This document shows, piece after piece, positions 62,101-64,000 of a stretch of 64,000 nucleotides of DNA. Within the stretch, counting starts at the first letter, position 1. Every line of letters begins with the position of its first letter. This DNA comes from Paraspadella gotoi (taxonomy: Eukaryota > Animalia > Chaetognatha), in contig CM119265.1 of the NCBI GenBank assembly GCA_051294375.1, forward strand, positions 12,571,564-12,635,563, given 5' to 3'. The position numbers were made by a program, and so were the translations under genes. Under the pieces are notes generated by a model. The model was not told where the DNA came from and searched no databases. It saw only the letters and a program-made list of their open reading frames with translations.

Positions 62101-64000
62101 CCAGAAATGTGCAGCCGATGCTGCAGCTCGACGCCGTCGAGCGGATTGTCGAAAAAGTCAAGGCGTCGAAGGCGGAATGGCATGAGGTTGAAGGAGAGAG
62201 GAAGAGAGCGAGAGAAATGAGAGACGAGAAAGACTGAGAGAGACGAGAGAGGACTGAAGAGGAAGAGNNNNNNNNNNNNNNNNNNNNNNNNNNNNNNNNN
62301 NNNNNNNNNNNNNNNNNNNNNNNNNNNNNNNNNNNNNNNNNNNNNNNNNNNNNNNNNNNNNNNNNNNNNNNNNNNNNNNNNNNNNNNNNNNNNNNNNNNN
62401 NNNNNNNNNNNNNNNNNNNNNNNNNNNNNNNNNNNNNNNNNNNNNNNNNNNNNNNNNNNNNNNNNNNNNNNNNNNNNNNNNNNNNNNNNNNNNNNNNNNN
62501 NNNNNNNNNNNNNNNNNNNNNNNNNNNNNNNNNNNNNNNNNNNNNNNNNNNNNNNNNNNNNNNNNNNNNNNNNNNNNNNNNNNNNNNNNNNNNNNNNNNN
62601 NNNNNNNNNNNNNNNNNNNNNNNNNNNNNNNNNNNNNNNNNNNNNNNNNNNNNNNNNNNNNNNNNNNNNNNNNNNNNNNNNNNNNNNNNNNNNNNNNNNN
62701 NNNNNNNNNNNNNNNNNNNNNNNNNNNNNNNNNNNNNNNNNNNNNNNNNNAGAGAGAGAGAGAGAGAGAGAGAAGGTTATCTCCCATACCCATTCTCAGA
62801 CCTACCGATTCTCGATCTCCGACATCACCGACCACCTCGTCGTCGTCGTCTTCGGTGTCTCCACCCGACGAGTCTTCTTGGGAAAAATCGTCGTCCCTCT
62901 GCTCAGGATTCGCAACGGGGAGAGGAGGTGGTATCAGTTGAAGAAGGACAATCTCGGCGGGAACGCTAAAGGTTCCAATTGTTCGCAGTTTGTTTGTTTG
63001 TATTTTTATATATTACGATTGACTAATTGACAAACTGATTGATTGATCGATTGATTTATGAATTGAATTGTGTTGGTTGATCGTTTGCTTGATAAATTAA
63101 TAAAAGGTTTATAATTCGTGAATTAATTTATTTCTGGCATAATAGATAAATTTAAAAATTATAAAAAAATTGAAAGCATCGATGGATTTACTAAGAAATG
63201 TGTGCAATCAATATAAAAATTCAAATTCAATAAATAAGGTATTTTGTCCCTGACTTTGGGCAGGCTTTGGTGGGTTATCAACTTATCTGAATGTGTATTT
63301 GGTTGAATGAACTTTTCAATTTAAAAAATTCTATATGAGACTCGATTCGCATTGTTCTCCATTCCCTTCCCTGGTCGCCTTCTGCTCGAGATGTCCGTCG
63401 ACTACAGCATCGCCAAAGCGGTCGTCGCTTCCTTCGCGACCAAGAGACCCAAACGAGTCTCGTCTGCGGACAGGAAGTTGAGACTCGGGATGTTGAGAAA
63501 CAACGTGAAGAGTCTCTTGGGATGCGCCAAGTTTGTTTGGAAGGTATAAACGCTTTGTTTATAATGCATACAAATACTTTTGACGACAAAATGTTCTCGT
63601 GTTTGAGACTTTTCACGAAATGTCTTTTTTTTAACACTGATGACGCAATGTTAATGGAGAAACGAAGGTAAATATATAAATATAGAAATTTCGATTGAAA
63701 GCAAAATGCATCACATCGAATAAGCGATAAACATTAAAAGATTAAAAAAGATTAAAACATTAAAAGATTGTCGGGGCGTCGGGATGCATCAAGATCCTTT
63801 TCGTAGTCGAGAGGCGTAATGTAAACAAACGATAACCGCACGCGAAGGAAAAATATATCCGCTTATCCCCCCCCCTCCTCGTGCGAATATTGAATTTATA
63901 AGATAAACTTGTAAACGATGAAAATAGACGAGAGGATATTAAGGGGATAACAGGCGCCATTTACGAGGCAGTGGCACCGGATGACAAAGAACAGATCTTC
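59150..64000 (+). CDS. MCTP: MCTP-like (multiple C2 and transmembrane domain) protein, divergent, partial (runs off window; 5' end uncertain)
   Basis: Exons 59150-59853, 61187-61344, 61415-61604, 61810-61834, 62002-62186, 62800-62971, 63374-63543, possibly 63954->. First C2: FYLTTTSICVEGI..LYFRLVAGIQ|ETKTAEVDFSRNPRW..LKMELW. Second C2: VGTLQVRLLRGEG..EWHE|TYRFSISDITDHLVVVVF..FLGKIVVPLLRIRNGERRWYQLK..AKG|RLLLEMSVDYSIAKA, which matches MCTP C2C (FLGKVAIPLLSIQNGE..KGVIYLE). Confidence 0.8.
60069..60816 (-). CDS. Acyl-CoA-binding protein (ACBP/DBI family), nested antisense in the MCTP-like intron
   Basis: LELFALYKQATVGPCK (exon ending 60424) joined to KHRPVPPPKDSWIAEVAIQKWKAWNSLGDMDKSQAEKKFVALVDKLKAKD* (60221-60069). 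The putative first exon 60816-60658 is uncertain, with an apparent frame conflict near 60520-60535. Confidence 0.82.

Overview
Eukaryotic (invertebrate-animal-like) draft genomic scaffold with N gaps, CpG-rich exons, short GT-AG introns, AT-rich spacers and abundant (GA/CT)n and (GAC/GTC)n microsatellites. Most entries in the ORF track are spurious. Manual splice reconstruction gives seven genes: (1) a 7-exon orphan, probably secreted protein (3304-5571, +); (2) an 8-exon class A GPCR of the FMRFamide/sex-peptide-receptor-like group (11891-20176, +); (3) an RNF216/TRIAD3-like RBR E3 ligase (27540-22318, -) with an unusual internal duplication (RING1-IBR-RING1-IBR-RING2) and a GC-AG intron carrying nested transposons; (4) a frameshifted C2H2 zinc-finger gene; (5) a type II membrane protein with two atypical C-type lectin domains (-); (6) a divergent MCTP-like C2 protein lacking the Ca2+-binding aspartates (59150 to window end, +); (7) an ACBP gene nested antisense in an intron of that MCTP-like gene. 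Also present are several non-autonomous TIR/foldback elements with target-site duplications, DINE/HINE-like repeats, tRNA-derived sequences, minisatellites and some duplications that may be assembly artefacts. All family assignments come from motif recognition by eye; no database search was run.
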